From contig NC_067403.1 of NCBI RefSeq assembly GCF_016432865.1, positions 200,694,001 through 200,758,000 of the forward strand: a stretch of 64,000 nucleotides of DNA, in the 5' to 3' direction. How positions within the stretch are numbered: position 1 is the first letter of the stretch; the number at the start of each line of letters is the position of its first letter. Below are positions 39,241-51,075 of this stretch, piece by piece. The notes below the pieces were generated by a model that saw only the letters and a program-made list of their open reading frames with translations, had not been told where the DNA came from and made no database searches. The translations under genes were made by a program, and so were the position numbers. Origin of the DNA: Antechinus flavipes. Taxonomy: Eukaryota.

Positions 39241-41779
39241 AATTGAATGAGGGGCTCTTCCTCCTCCACCACCTCCACTATTGCTCTCTCCTGGTAAAAA
39301 GGCCTTCTTTATCTTCTCAGGAGGTAACCCACCACACTAGCTTTCACCAGGCAATCAATCACTGTAGATGGAGTGACTCAGGAGTGACTCATACAGAGGT
39401 AGTCATGGCTCAGCATCCCCCTCAGATGATTTCTGTGGAGCTTTCCCTTGTATTAACATAAAATCTGCTTCTCTGTATCTTCCACCTATTTTTCCCACTT
39501 AAATTATGTTATTGTTCCCTCTGTGGCATCTAGTGCTTCCTGGACTCCATGCTTCTGGGTCATAGGCTTATAAATTAGAGCTGGAAGTAGCCAACCCCTT
39601 CATTTTGCAGACAAAGAAACTGAGGCCCATAGGCGTTAAATGACTGCCTGAGGCCACAAAGGCAGAACTTGAACCCAAGTCTCCCTATTCCAGAGCCAGT
39701 GCTCTTTCCACTGTTCCACACTGCCTAAGTAGATTCACCAACCCGCTGATCCACTGGGAGCAATTGCTGCTGGAGCCAGGTTGAGGATCACTATGTGGTG
39801 AAGAGCTGGGATTCCTACCCAATTCCCAGGGCAGTTGTTTGGGAGACTTGTTTCATCAAGCTAAAAGGGATGATACACACAGTATATACATGAATGAATG
39901 AATCCTCGATGCTTTTAGCACTCTCCATGGTCCTTAAGGATTCCCAGGCAGCAGCTGTTTGCTGAATATAAAAAAGCACTTGGCTGAATAGAGAAAAACA
40001 GCCTTGACAGAACCTGAGATTTGGAAGGGACCTCAACAAACATTCAGTCCAACCCTAATCCTCAAAGACTGTCTCTCTCAACAATATTCCACAAAATCCC
40101 TTGATGCAAAGGGAATGCAAACAACTCTAGGAACATCTTTATTCAAAGAATCTTTAGACTGTTAGTTTCAAGGGAAGCTTACAACAGGGAACTGTATGCC
40201 TTGACATATGTATTCTGAATTGTAATGGAGAATTTCTTGTGGAGAGAGTGTGCCTGTTGTGGTGGGGTCCTCCAGATTCTATTGTTTGTGGCTGGAATTT
40301 CATTGCTTGTACCAAGTTCTTGAAAACTCCTAAATCTTTTCAGTGAGATCTGTGAACACTGAAGAGATGGGCCTGACAGTCTAAAAGGGAAAAATCAAAA
40401 AACTAAGCATGTCTAGACGTGTGTCCAGCTGCATAAGTCCAGCATAAGTATATAGATGGATATAGATATAGAGCTTGCACAGGCAATAAAGTGGGCCCAG
40501 TATAGGAGAAAAAAAACTAGTTAGGTTGTATTTGAGAAACTGGGCAGTGCTTCCAGTGACTCTGAGGTGTGCCCTGTCACAAAGCTTTTTTCAAACTCTA
40601 TAATTCTTCTAATAATATATATAGCTTCAAATAAGAAATAACACAATCCTTAGAAAATAAAAAATTGCCCATGACTCAAAATGCACTGGAGAGCTGTGTG
40701 GTGGCCATAAACAGAATGGGACATGTTGCCAACAATGACTGTGAAATTAAAAAAAAAACAAAACAAAACAAAAAAAAACAATGACTGTGTACAAAATACT
40801 GTGTAAGAAATGTGTGATCAAAGTGTGCAGCTAAAGCAAGGGGAAAAAAAAACAAAACCTAAAAAATCAAGACCTAAAACAGGGATTCGTAAGCTTTTTT
40901 CCCTCCACAGGCCCTTTTTGGCAGCGTGATGACATCTATGGCCCCATTTCTCAGAATGTTTTTAAATGCATAAAGCAGAATACATATAATTATAACAGAA
41001 ATCCTTTGCCTCCTGGTCTTTTCTTGTCTGTTGATTTATTAATTCTCTAATATTCCACTGGAAGGTTACTCCTTAAGGTTTTTTGGCGGTTGTTTTTTTG
41101 GACATCCCCTCTTAAATGAGCGCAGAGCTGGTGATGAGATTTAAGGCTTTAATTGCTTAAAAATGCACGAAGTCATTTGATTAGCTACAACAGCAGCCCC
41201 ACACGGTAAGCTTAGCATAGTACCTGATAATAATAAGTGTTTACTCTGATTGACTGAAACATAGGGCATCATAACTCTAAATCAGGGAAGGGGTTTTAGA
41301 GAAACAATCCAAATCCTTCCCTGTATGGATAAGGAAACTGGGCTAGGAAGATTAAGCTTTTTTACTAGTAAGTAGAAGAGCTGTAATTCGAACCCAGGAC
41401 TCGAAACTGGAAACACCAGGGCTGTCCTACGGCACCAGTTGTGTCCCACGAACTATTACTGCCTCTCGCCTTCTCTCTGTAGTTGCTGTCAATCAGTTTG
41501 ACTGACTAAGCATTTACTATGTGTCAGGCACTGTGCTGAGAGATTGGGGGAGGGGAAAACAAAAAATGGGGGAGGGGAACCCAAACCCCCGTTCCTCCAG
41601 GAGTTCACATCCTAATGGGAAAGACAACATGATGTGGGCACGAGGTAGAAAGGGTATCCCAAAAGTCTTCCGCAGTTTTAAGCTATTACAGCCTTAAGTC
41701 GCAATTTTTAAGTCCAGTTGGGAAGTATCTCAGAGGAAAGGCCTGAGTGTTGGGGAAAGACTTCCTGCAGCGAAAGGAA

Positions 41780-42720
41780 GCCAGGAGGCAGAGATGCGCG
41801 TGGAGTGCGTCCCAGGCGTGGGAGACGGTCAGTGAAAATGCCCGGAACCGGGAGGCGGGGCAACTGCAAGGGCGCGGGTGTCCCGGATCGCAGGCCACGC
41901 GGCGGGGTGTGAAGGGTGACAAAACCTGCATAGAGGACTTTATACGGGATCCTAGAAGGGATAGGGAGCCGCAGAGTCAACGAGTCCGGGGGTTAACAGG
42001 AAGCCTCCAGCCTGGGAACAGCCACGGTGTCTCCTCCACCGACGTGACCCGCAGACCGCTGTCACCTCGCCCGAAGTTAAAAGGGGCAAGCTAGGGCGGG
42101 ACGCGTAGTATAAGGCGACAGGCGAGAGGAGGTGGAGCCTTTAGACGGACAGGGCAATGATTGGCGAAGGGCAGAGGAAAGTGATGTGGGAGGTCGCAGA
42201 GGCACACCGAAGGTGACGATTGGTGAATGGAGACAGGATCCGGATTGGCGGAAGATGAGAAGCTGGCCCGTACGGAAAGCGATGATTGGTTGGCAGGATA
42301 AGTCTCGAGCATGCGCAGGGACAAGAGACAGCGACAGACTCGCTGTCCCAGAATGTCTCGCGGTTAGGGCCATGCTCGGTGCTGTGGGCCGCTTGGGCCG
42401 CTCGGTCAGGCCTCCGGCCCCGGCTCCTTCTTTACCACTATTGCTACCGCCCGCACGAGGCCGTAAGAGCCGCCATGACCCGCCCGCCAAGTCCAAGATC
42501 GGGCGCTTGCGAACTCCGACCCCCGTAGATCCCGTCGAGATGTATATATTAACGGAGCGGTACAAGAGTTACAGGCAGATTGTACGGGCACTCAGGTATG
42601 GAGGAGGGGCCGCGCATGAACTTGGGAGGAAAGGCGCCTGCGTTGGGGGCGGGGCCACGTGTGAGTCGGAGAGGGGAGGAGCCGGCAGCTGGGAGAAGGC
42701 GGGGCCTCAGCTTCCCGTTC
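41780..42720. promoter_or_regulatory. MRPS26: CpG island and MRPS26 promoter
   Basis: Dense CpG. Four ATTGG (reverse CCAAT) boxes at 42160, 42219, 42244 and 42285, an ETS-like CGGAAG near 42249 and an NRF1-like GAGCATGCGCA near 42308, all upstream of the ATG at 42372. Confidence 0.85.
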
Positions 42721-43687
42721 CAACCTTAGGGAAGGGGAGGGGCTTAGACTTGGGAGATGGGTTTTGAGGGTAAGTCAGTTCCCCAAACTTTTCCTTTTTC
42801 CTAGAAAGCTATTTTGCCCAGTACATGAGATACAAAGATAGGAGCTTTTAATAACAGTAATTCATAATTATAAGTCCAACGTGCACATATCCCTTTTAAA
42901 GTTTGCATTAACTCTTATTATGCTCGTCACAGTCCTTTGCCCCCATTTTACAGATGAAGAAACTGGCTGCTAAGAGTGCATAACTGCATAACTTTCCCTA
43001 TGAGGGTGGGAATTCCTTGAGAGCAAAGACGAATTTGATTTTTCTGGGTATCTCCAGCATTTAAGCCTAGGGTTTGGCACGTAATAAGCATTTAATAAGT
43101 TATTTTTTTATCCACTTATCTACTTAAGTGACTCGCTCAGAGTCACATAGCTGATGCTCGTCTGAGATAACATGAGAATATAGGTCTTCCTGACCTCCAT
43201 ATAGCGCGCTGCTACAGGGAGAGGGGGGGAAAGAAGGCTTTGTGGGAAAGTAGAGAATGGAAAATCCAGAGGGACAACGATGAAGACTGAATGTAGATCA
43301 AAGATTTTCACCTATTTGTTGTTACGGTTGTGTTTGCTTTTTTTTTTCTTTTCATCTGAGATATATGTATGTGTATGTATATATATATTTGCTCAGCATG
43401 AGGAATATGGAAATATGTTTATAAGAATTGCACATGGTTAACCTGTATCAAGACAGACTTGCTGTCTTGGGGAGGAGGAGGAGAGAGAAAAATATGTAAC
43501 GCAAGGTTTTGTGAAGATGAATATTGAAAACTATCTTTGCATGTGTTTAGAAAAATAAAATACCAACAAAATGTTATTTTTTTTAAAGAATTTTAGCAAA
43601 ACTAAGATAAATCGTCCAAAAAAAAAGTCCTAGAGCAGTTTAAATTATTCTTCCTCTTTGTTCATCAGTCAGGATGAAAACAGAAAG

Positions 43688-43744
<57 letters not shown>

Positions 43745-45214
43745 GGGAGGGAGGTTAGAGTCAGTTCTTTTCCCTATTAACTTTATACTATCATATTTTC
43801 TTTGAAATGAGATCTCAAAGGAATAAATTTTCAAGCATCTGAAAAGTGGGAGGGAAAAAAATGGAATAGAGATGGAAGAGACCATTCTAGGCATGGGGAG
43901 AATGGTGAAATAAAAATGCAGTAGGACAAAGATAATGGCAATATGTGGTTTGCAGGGATTATTCTTTATGGTTTAGTGGCCCTATTTCAATTCGGGTTTG
44001 ATATCATTGCTCTGGAGGACCAGGGAGGAAAGGGACGGTTCCCAGATGTGGCTTTTGATACCAGATTTATGAATCCCAGGCTTGAATTCATGGAGGAGAT
44101 TTGGAGAAAAACATATGATGAGAAATATGGGGGACTAAAAGCTATACGAGAGGCTGAGGAACACAAGCAACTCATGGCCTGGAACCAAGCAGAGAATGCT
44201 CGGCTGCAGGCATTGAGGTGAGGAGCTGCTTCTGCCCATTCTGTAGGTCCCAGGGTCTCCCTTAGCACAAGGGTGGGAGGGAAGTCTCTCCTTAGAGACA
44301 AGGGGACTCCTGGCCTGGCGGTGTCTTGACATGTCAGCAAACAGGAGCCCCTGTTAGGGAAACCTCATGCTTTTATGAACCCCTTCACTATAGGATCTCC
44401 AGATTTCAGCGGCAAAAGCAGGAACAGGAACAGCTTCGGGCACAGGAGGAGATGCAGAAGGCCCAAGAAATGGAAGCTTTTGTCCGTGAGAAGGAGAAAG
44501 AGGTTCTGCAGTTGCAGGTGGGCCAGAGTTTGATATGGGGGCCCTGTCCAGGCCTGTGGGTTAATGCTGGCAGCTTCTTGGAGGAATCTTCTGCCAGCCA
44601 GAGGGCTTGGAGCCAGCCGTGGCTCAGGAGGTGTCACTCCTCTGCCCATTTCAGGGGGTTCAGGCCTTATCGCCTTCCTCCCTTGGAGAGCCCTTAGATG
44701 TCTGTGAGAAGGACCCAGGTGGGTCAGCCCAAAGGTCTGACTCTGGTGTTATGTCTGGGGCCATTTAGCTGAAGGAGGGAAGGCAAGGCTGCCCTCCACA
44801 GGTTAGCAGGGAGAAGAAGCTTGGCCTGAGACAACAGGAACAGCGAGAAGGACTGAACATTGTTGGATATTCAGAAGAGATATTCTAGGAGAGCTGCCCT
44901 GGTGGAACTCACTGCTCTGCTAGCTAGTGAGAGCCCCATTGCTAGAGGTATCCAGCCGAAGGCTGGTGGGACCCCAGCAAGGGAAGCTGTGCCCAGGAAT
45001 CCTGCCCAGGGGAAAGGCTGGCAGAGTACCTCCCTTCTGCCTCAGTTCTCCTCTGTGATTCTGCCATTTTTGTCCCCAACAGGAAGATGCGAAAACATTC
45101 ATTACTCAGGATAACTTAGAGGAGAAGATTGAAGCCGCCCTCAACAATCCTCAGAACTACAATTGGGCCCTTACCAAGGAGGGCCATGTGGTTCGACCCC
45201 CTCGAGGGACTTAG
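42372..45214 (+). CDS. MRPS26: Mitochondrial small ribosomal subunit protein mS26, 205 aa
   Basis: Exons 42372-42595, 44080-44217, 44394-44517 and 45083-45214 (618 nt, in frame). Arg-rich targeting peptide, then [39 protein letters not shown] and [10 protein letters not shown], all matching MRPS26 motifs. AATAAA at 45360-45365. Confidence 0.97.
43691..43742. repeat. (GT)26 microsatellite in MRPS26 intron 1
   Basis: Perfect GT run. Confidence 0.95.
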
Positions 45215-46502
45215 GGGTGCCAGGTGTGGCAGCTGCCAGAGCTGAAGGGAGGCAGCTGGAGCTCCGGGAGCTCCTGTCTTTCTCTTCCACACCCTCTTCC
45301 CCACAATCCAGCCTTTATCTGGCCTCCTTATTGAGAAATAAGAACTAAGCAGTTTACAGAATAAAGGGATGATGCCTCTTTTGTAAGCCTCCTGTGCTTT
45401 TTCAGGTTTTCTGGGCCAAGGGCAGGTGCTTCTTCCCCAGCTATTTTCCCCCTCCTCCTTCTCCCCCCACCCCCCTCACCCCCCAGCCCTTTCTGCTGGC
45501 CCTCACTCTCCTTAGACAAATCTTTGTCCTCAGGGCCAGGATTGACCATCAGATCTGACCTCCTCCTTACACAGAGAGCACGCTTTGGTACAAAAGGACA
45601 AGAGACTTATCAAAATGAGTGCCAGAGGTGGGCAGAAAGCTCTCCTTCTCCCAGTCTTCGGGCTGGAGCCACAAACAGCCTCCGCCCTTCGGAGATGGCC
45701 CAAATTCCCAGCTCCTAAACCCATGAAGCCTCTGTTGCTTCTGTTGTTGGGTCCAGGGAAGGCTTCCACATGTTTGGGTTCAGGGTGGGGAAGGGGCTTT
45801 GGCTGCCAATCTTGGCCTGGAAGGGGCAGGTGCACAAGGAGCAGAGCCTGGCTTGTGCTTGTCTGCTCTCAGGAGAATTCCACCAGTGCCACTGGTCCCC
45901 ATAATCAGTCACTCAGCATGAGCCCATGGTGATGACCAAGGACAACACAAAGTAGAAATCTTTGGGAAATTAGAGCAGGAAACACAACCTGGAGAACCCC
46001 GATCTGTTTGGGGGGTTAAGGGGAGAGAAGATAAGTGACTGTGGTCTCCAGCCCCTTCTCCCACTTCATTGTGTGGGAAATAGCTTTAGAAAAGGGAAGT
46101 GATTTCTCCAGATGGCATTATAGGGGCACAATGGATAGAGAGTGCCCTGGCATTCTCAGGGGAACCTGAGTTCAAATCCAGCCTCAGAAACTTAATATAT
46201 GGAGCTGCGTGATCCTGAGCAAGTCACTGAACCCAGTTGGCTCACAGTAAAAGAAAAAGATGGGATGAGAGCAGGGATTTTCTGGCTTGAGAGAACTCTC
46301 AAAGCTCCTCCTGATACAGAGCCCATAAAGTAGCCTCCTACCTCCCAACCTCTGGAAGTCCCTTCCTCTTCCTTTCCCTTGCCCTCTAATCCATACACTT
46401 TGTAAAAAGTAAACAGCCAAGACTAACATCACAGAGAATCAGCTTTATTGACGGGAAGGGGGTAGGAAATGAGCTGTTCCCTCTGCCTGGATCTGGCCAG
46501 AC

Positions 46503-47529
46503 TTAGGAGAATATGGGGTCCTGGTCACAGACAGGGTCTAGCCCACAGCCATCTGCAAAAGAAAAAAGGACGTTATTTCAGTCAGGTGGGAGCCTGCTCA
46601 AGTCTCTAACCATGAAGAGGAAAGGGAAAGAGGGAAAGGGGCTTCGGGGGAGGGGGACTGTCCCAGCCCATAGCCCTGGAGGTTGTGTCATCTTGCACAG
46701 GTGTCTGCGGACCCAGGAGTGCCGGTCCCTCACCGCTGCTGCAGCAGATCCCGGCGGCCGCACAGAATCCTCCGCTTCCGCAGGGTTTCTGGCCAGACTG
46801 GCACGGGGAGGGCAGGTAGCGCTCTTCCTGGCACCTCAGGCTCTCGGCGGTGCCCATGTAACAGCCTAGCTCTTCCCCGCAGCAGATGCTGGGGCCGAAG
46901 CAGCGCCCTTTGCTTCCGGGGCCGCAGGGGAGGCACTGCAAGAGCGGGAGACCCGGCTGAGCGTCCGGGGCAGGACCCTGGACAGCATCTCCGAGCCCGA
47001 TTCCCCCGGGAGGGGGAGCACTTAAGGCCCAGGGTGGGGCGGACTCTCCTCCTGCAGGGAGCCTGCATTGCAGCGCAGGGCAGCAGCCAGGGCCAAGGCC
47101 AAGGCCGGAGCTCCCCCCTGCCCGGCTCCTCCTTATTGTCAGGAGGACGGAGCCTGGAGAGGGCGAGTCCGAAGTTGGGGGGAGGGAGGGGATAGGAGTC
47201 AGCACAAAGGGAGCCAAGCATGGGGCATCCGGGCCAGCTGCGGGGCCCGCCAGCCCTGGGAGCTCGCTTTAGAGGGGGCCTCCTGTGGCCGTCGCGCCCC
47301 GCACCCAAAGGCCCGCCCACGTGGAGAGGAGACAGGCGGCCTGTGGGCTCCCACCCGCGCCGAGTCTCACCTCGCGCACGTCCATGTCCGGCGCCGAGCG
47401 CTTCCCGCCGATGGGGCAGTTCTGGATGTAGCAGGCGGAGGCCAGAGCCAAGAGAGCTAGGAGATAGCAGCAGGCGAGGCCCGGACGGGCGCGGGCCGCG
47501 AGGCCCTGTCGGGAGCCGGGGCTGCCCAT
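46503..47529 (-). CDS. OXT: Mesotocin-neurophysin 1 precursor (oxytocin orthologue, [Ile8]-oxytocin), 136 aa
   Basis: Exons 47529-47371, 46935-46734 (202 nt) and 46552-46503. Signal peptide, then [21 protein letters not shown]|[15 protein letters not shown]...ICCSS|[16 protein letters not shown]. All 14 neurophysin Cys are present and there is no copeptin. AATAAA (minus strand) at 46449-46444. Confidence 0.97.
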
Positions 47530-47860
47530 GGGGAAGCGGGCCGGAGGCGGACCTGGGCTGGCGCGCAAGCGGGAGCGGGTAGGCTGAGCGCTGGGTCCCA
47601 GAGGCTGATCTCCCTGAGGGCTCTGCGCACCGGGGCCGGAGCCAGGCCTATTTATGCCCCGGAGTCCGGGACCTAAGGTGGCAGGCGCTTGGAGGCTCAC
47701 GCCCGGTCAGCGGGGCGTGAGTGCCCCCGGTGCCCCCGCACTTAGCCTGCTCGGGCTGGGGCACGGGGTCAGCCTGTCAGCTCAGGGCCAAGCTCGGGGC
47801 CAGAACTGGGGCGCTGCCCTCATTAGGCTGGAGCTGTACCGGGCGCCCCCAATGAACTCC
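46680..47860. promoter_or_regulatory. OXT: CpG island over the mesotocin gene and promoter; TATA-like CATAAATA (minus strand) at about 47656-47649
   Basis: Very high GC and CpG density over exons 1-2 and the promoter. The TATA variant resembles the CATAAA box of eutherian OXT promoters. Confidence 0.8.
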
Positions 47861-48789
47861 CAATTAACCCTGGGCTCTGCAGGCCAGCAGTCCTTGGCAT
47901 TTACTCCGCTCCTCCCCCCTCCACCCAAGACTCGCTCCTCTTGGTCTGTTTCCAGGTGGAGAAGAGCTGGTCCCAGGCTTCCCCATTCAGAGCAAGAAAC
48001 GGCCTGCTCCATCTCCTGGGAAAGCAGAAGCCAAGGCCCAGAGAGGGAAGAGGCTCCCACAAAGTGGGCTCCAGAACCCCAGTCCTTAGTGCCCTCCCCT
48101 TTATCAGAGGCTGCCTTCCCCAGGAAGAGGCTTCCCAGGGATTGGGAAATCAAGGTACAGGAGAACTGTGGGCTTCCACCAGCACAGAGGGCAGAATCAG
48201 GAACAAGGGGTGGAAGGTGCAGATGACAATTTCAGAGTAATAAAAGGAAGACCTTAATTCAAGCAGTAACACAGTGAAGGACCACAGCATTGGATCAGGG
48301 CAAGCTCGGTGGCAAAGTGACCCTGAAGTCCTGAGGACCTGAGTTCAAATCTACTGCGTAACCCTGAGCAATCACTTAACTTCAAGTGTGTTAATGTGTT
48401 TGTGTATGTGCGTGTGTGACAGAGAAGGGGGAGAGAAACACACAGAGAGAAAGAGAGAGAACATTGGACCAGGAGTAGGGAGATCTCCTGTCCAATCCCA
48501 GCCCTGTTAGATACTAACAGTGGCTAGTAAGTCACTCAGTGCCCATAAGCAAGCCCTTTCTACCTTTCTCTCACTCCTTCAATCTATTCTCCAACTAGCT
48601 ATCAAAGTCATCTTCCTAAAGTAAAGATCTGACCTTACCGCCACTATCCTTGCACTAAACTGAATTCAATAAATTTAAGTGACTCCCTTATATCTCCATG
48701 ATAATATAAAATTCTCTGTTTAGATTTTAAGCCCTTCATAAAATACCCATTTTCTATTTTTCCAGTCTTCTTAGACTTCATTTTCTCTA

Positions 48790-51075
48790 ATAAGAGCCTC
48801 GTTTCTCAGGTATATAGGAAACTAAGCCAAATCTATTAAAAACATGAGCCATTCTACTTTAATAAATGGTCAAAGAACATAAACAGGAAATATACAGATA
48901 TATATAAAATCACATGAAAATATTCTCTAAGTTATTATTAATTAGGGAAATAAAAATAATAACTTTGAGGTATCATCTTTCACCTAACAGATTGGTTAAC
49001 ATGACAGAAAAGAAAAATGATAAATGTTGGAAGGAATATGAAAAAATAGGGACACTAATGCACTATTGGTTCAATAATCAGGAGCTTCAGTGATTCAGCA
49101 TTTAGAAGAACAATTATTCTTTGACCCAACAATACCACTACTAGGTCTGGATCCCAAAGAAACCAAAGGAAAAGTATCTATATGTACAAAAATATTTATA
49201 GTAACTTTTTTAATGACAAAGAATTGGAAATTGAGGTGATGCTTATCAAGTGGGGAATGATTGAACAAATTGTGGAATATGATTGTGATGGAATGCCATT
49301 GTGCCATAAAAAATAATGAATAGGAGGATTTCAGAAAAGCCTGGAAATTCTTACATGAACTGATGAAAAATGAAGTAAATAGAATCAGAAGAACATTGTG
49401 CACAATAACAAGAATATCGTACAATGATCAACTGCAAAAGACTTGGCTACTCTCATCAACACAAGAATCCAAGACAATTCCAATATGCATGATGAAAAAT
49501 ATGATCTTCAGAGAAAAAATTGATGAACTCTGGGTACTGACTGAAGCATTTTTAAATTTTGTTTATTTTTGTTTAGTGTGCATTTTCGTTTTCAACATAA
49601 CCAATAAGAAAATATCTTTTGCATGACTATATTGCTTGCCAACTCAAAGCATAGAGAAGGTATAAGAGAACTTGGAACTCCACAGTCTTTTTTTTTTTTA
49701 ATTTTATTTTATTTAATAATAACTTTGTATTGACAGAATCCATGCCAGGATAATTTTTACACGACATTATCCCTTGCAATCACTTATGTTTCGTTTTTTC
49801 CCCTCCCTCCCTCCTCCCCCCCCCAAGATGGCAAGCAGTCCTATATATGTTAAATATGTTGCAGTATATCCCAGATACAATACATATTTGCAGAACCGAA
49901 CAGTTCTCCCGCTGCACAGGGAGAATTGGATTCAGAAGGTAAAAATAACTCGGGAAGAAAATCAAAAATGCAAATAGTTCACATTCATTTCCCAGTATTC
50001 CTTCTTTGGGTGTAGCTGTTTCTGTCCATCATTTCTCCAATGAAACTCAGTTAAGTCTCTTTGTCAGAGAAATCCACTTCCATCAGAATACATCCTCATA
50101 CAATATCGTTGTCGAAGTGTATAATGATCTCCTGGTTCTGCTAATCTCACTTAGCATCAGTCCATGTAGGTCTCTCCAAGCCTCTCTGTATTCATCCTGC
50201 TGGTCATTCCTTACAGAGCAATAATATTCCATAACATTCATATACCACAATTTATCCAGCCATTCTCCAATTGATGGGCATCCATTCATTTTCCAGTTTC
50301 TAGCCACTACAAACAGGGCTGCTACAAACATTTTGGCACATACAGGTCCCCTTCCCTTTTTTAGTATCTCTTTGGGGTATAAGCCCAATAGAAACACTGC
50401 TGGATCAAAGGGTATGCACAGTTTGATAACTTTTTGGGCATAATTCCAGATTGCTCTCCAGAATGGCTGGATTCGTTCACAACTCCACCAATAATGCATC
50501 AGTGTCCCCGTTTTCCCGCATCCCCTCCAACATTCATCATTATTTTTTCCTGTCATCTTAGCCAATCTGACAGGTGTGTAGTGATATCTCAGAGTTGTCT
50601 TAATTTGCATTTCTCTGATCAAAAGTGATTTGGAACACTCTTTCATGTGAGTGGTAATAGTTTCAATTTCTTCATCTGAAAATTGTCTGTTCATATCCTT
50701 TGACCATTTATCAATTGGAGAATGGCTTGATTTTTTATAAATTTGAGTCAGTTCTCTATATATTTTGGAAATGAGGCCTTTATCAGAACCTTTAATTGTA
50801 AAGATGTTTTCCCAGTTTGTTACTTCCCTACTAATCTTGTTTGCATTCGTTCTGTTTGTACAAAGGCTTTTTAATTTGATATAATCAAAATTTTCTATTT
50901 TGTGATCGGTAATGGTCTCTAGTTCATCTTTGGTCACAAATTTCTTTCTCCTCCACAAGTCTGAGAGATAAACTATCCTATGGAACTCCACAGTCTTAAA
51001 AATGACTGTTAAAATATTTTACCTGTAATTGGGAAAAATAATTTCACAAAATAAATAAAATATATCTTAAAAAAA
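48790..51075 (+). mobile_element. Old L1 3' fragment split by a younger L1 insertion (pieces about 48790-49689 and 50998-51075)
   Basis: Degenerate ORF2 C-terminus and 3' UTR. The two pieces rejoin across the TSD. Confidence 0.75.
49690..50980 (-). mobile_element. Young 5'-truncated L1 (1.29 kb) with uninterrupted ORF2 C-terminus and 17-bp TSD
   Basis: Stop-free ORF2 frame 50980-50083 with an intact CCHC knuckle ([18 protein letters not shown]), 3' UTR and poly-A tail. TSD TGGAACTCCACAGTCTT at 49673-49689 and 50981-50997. Confidence 0.95.

Noticed and set aside
42132-42767. 211-aa ORF extending MRPS26 exon 1 at both ends
   Set aside because: It starts at a GTG in the CCAAT-box promoter and runs through the donor at 42596. 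Homology to MRPS26 begins at ATG 42372.
46606-48240. Many long overlapping ORFs on both strands around mesotocin
   Set aside because: Stop-codon scarcity in a very GC-rich CpG island explains them. Only the spliced MT frame has homology and splice sites.
50083-50991. 302-aa ORF, the longest in the track
   Set aside because: It is the C-terminus of L1 ORF2 in a 5'-truncated copy. The apparent start comes from the TSD, so it is not a host gene.
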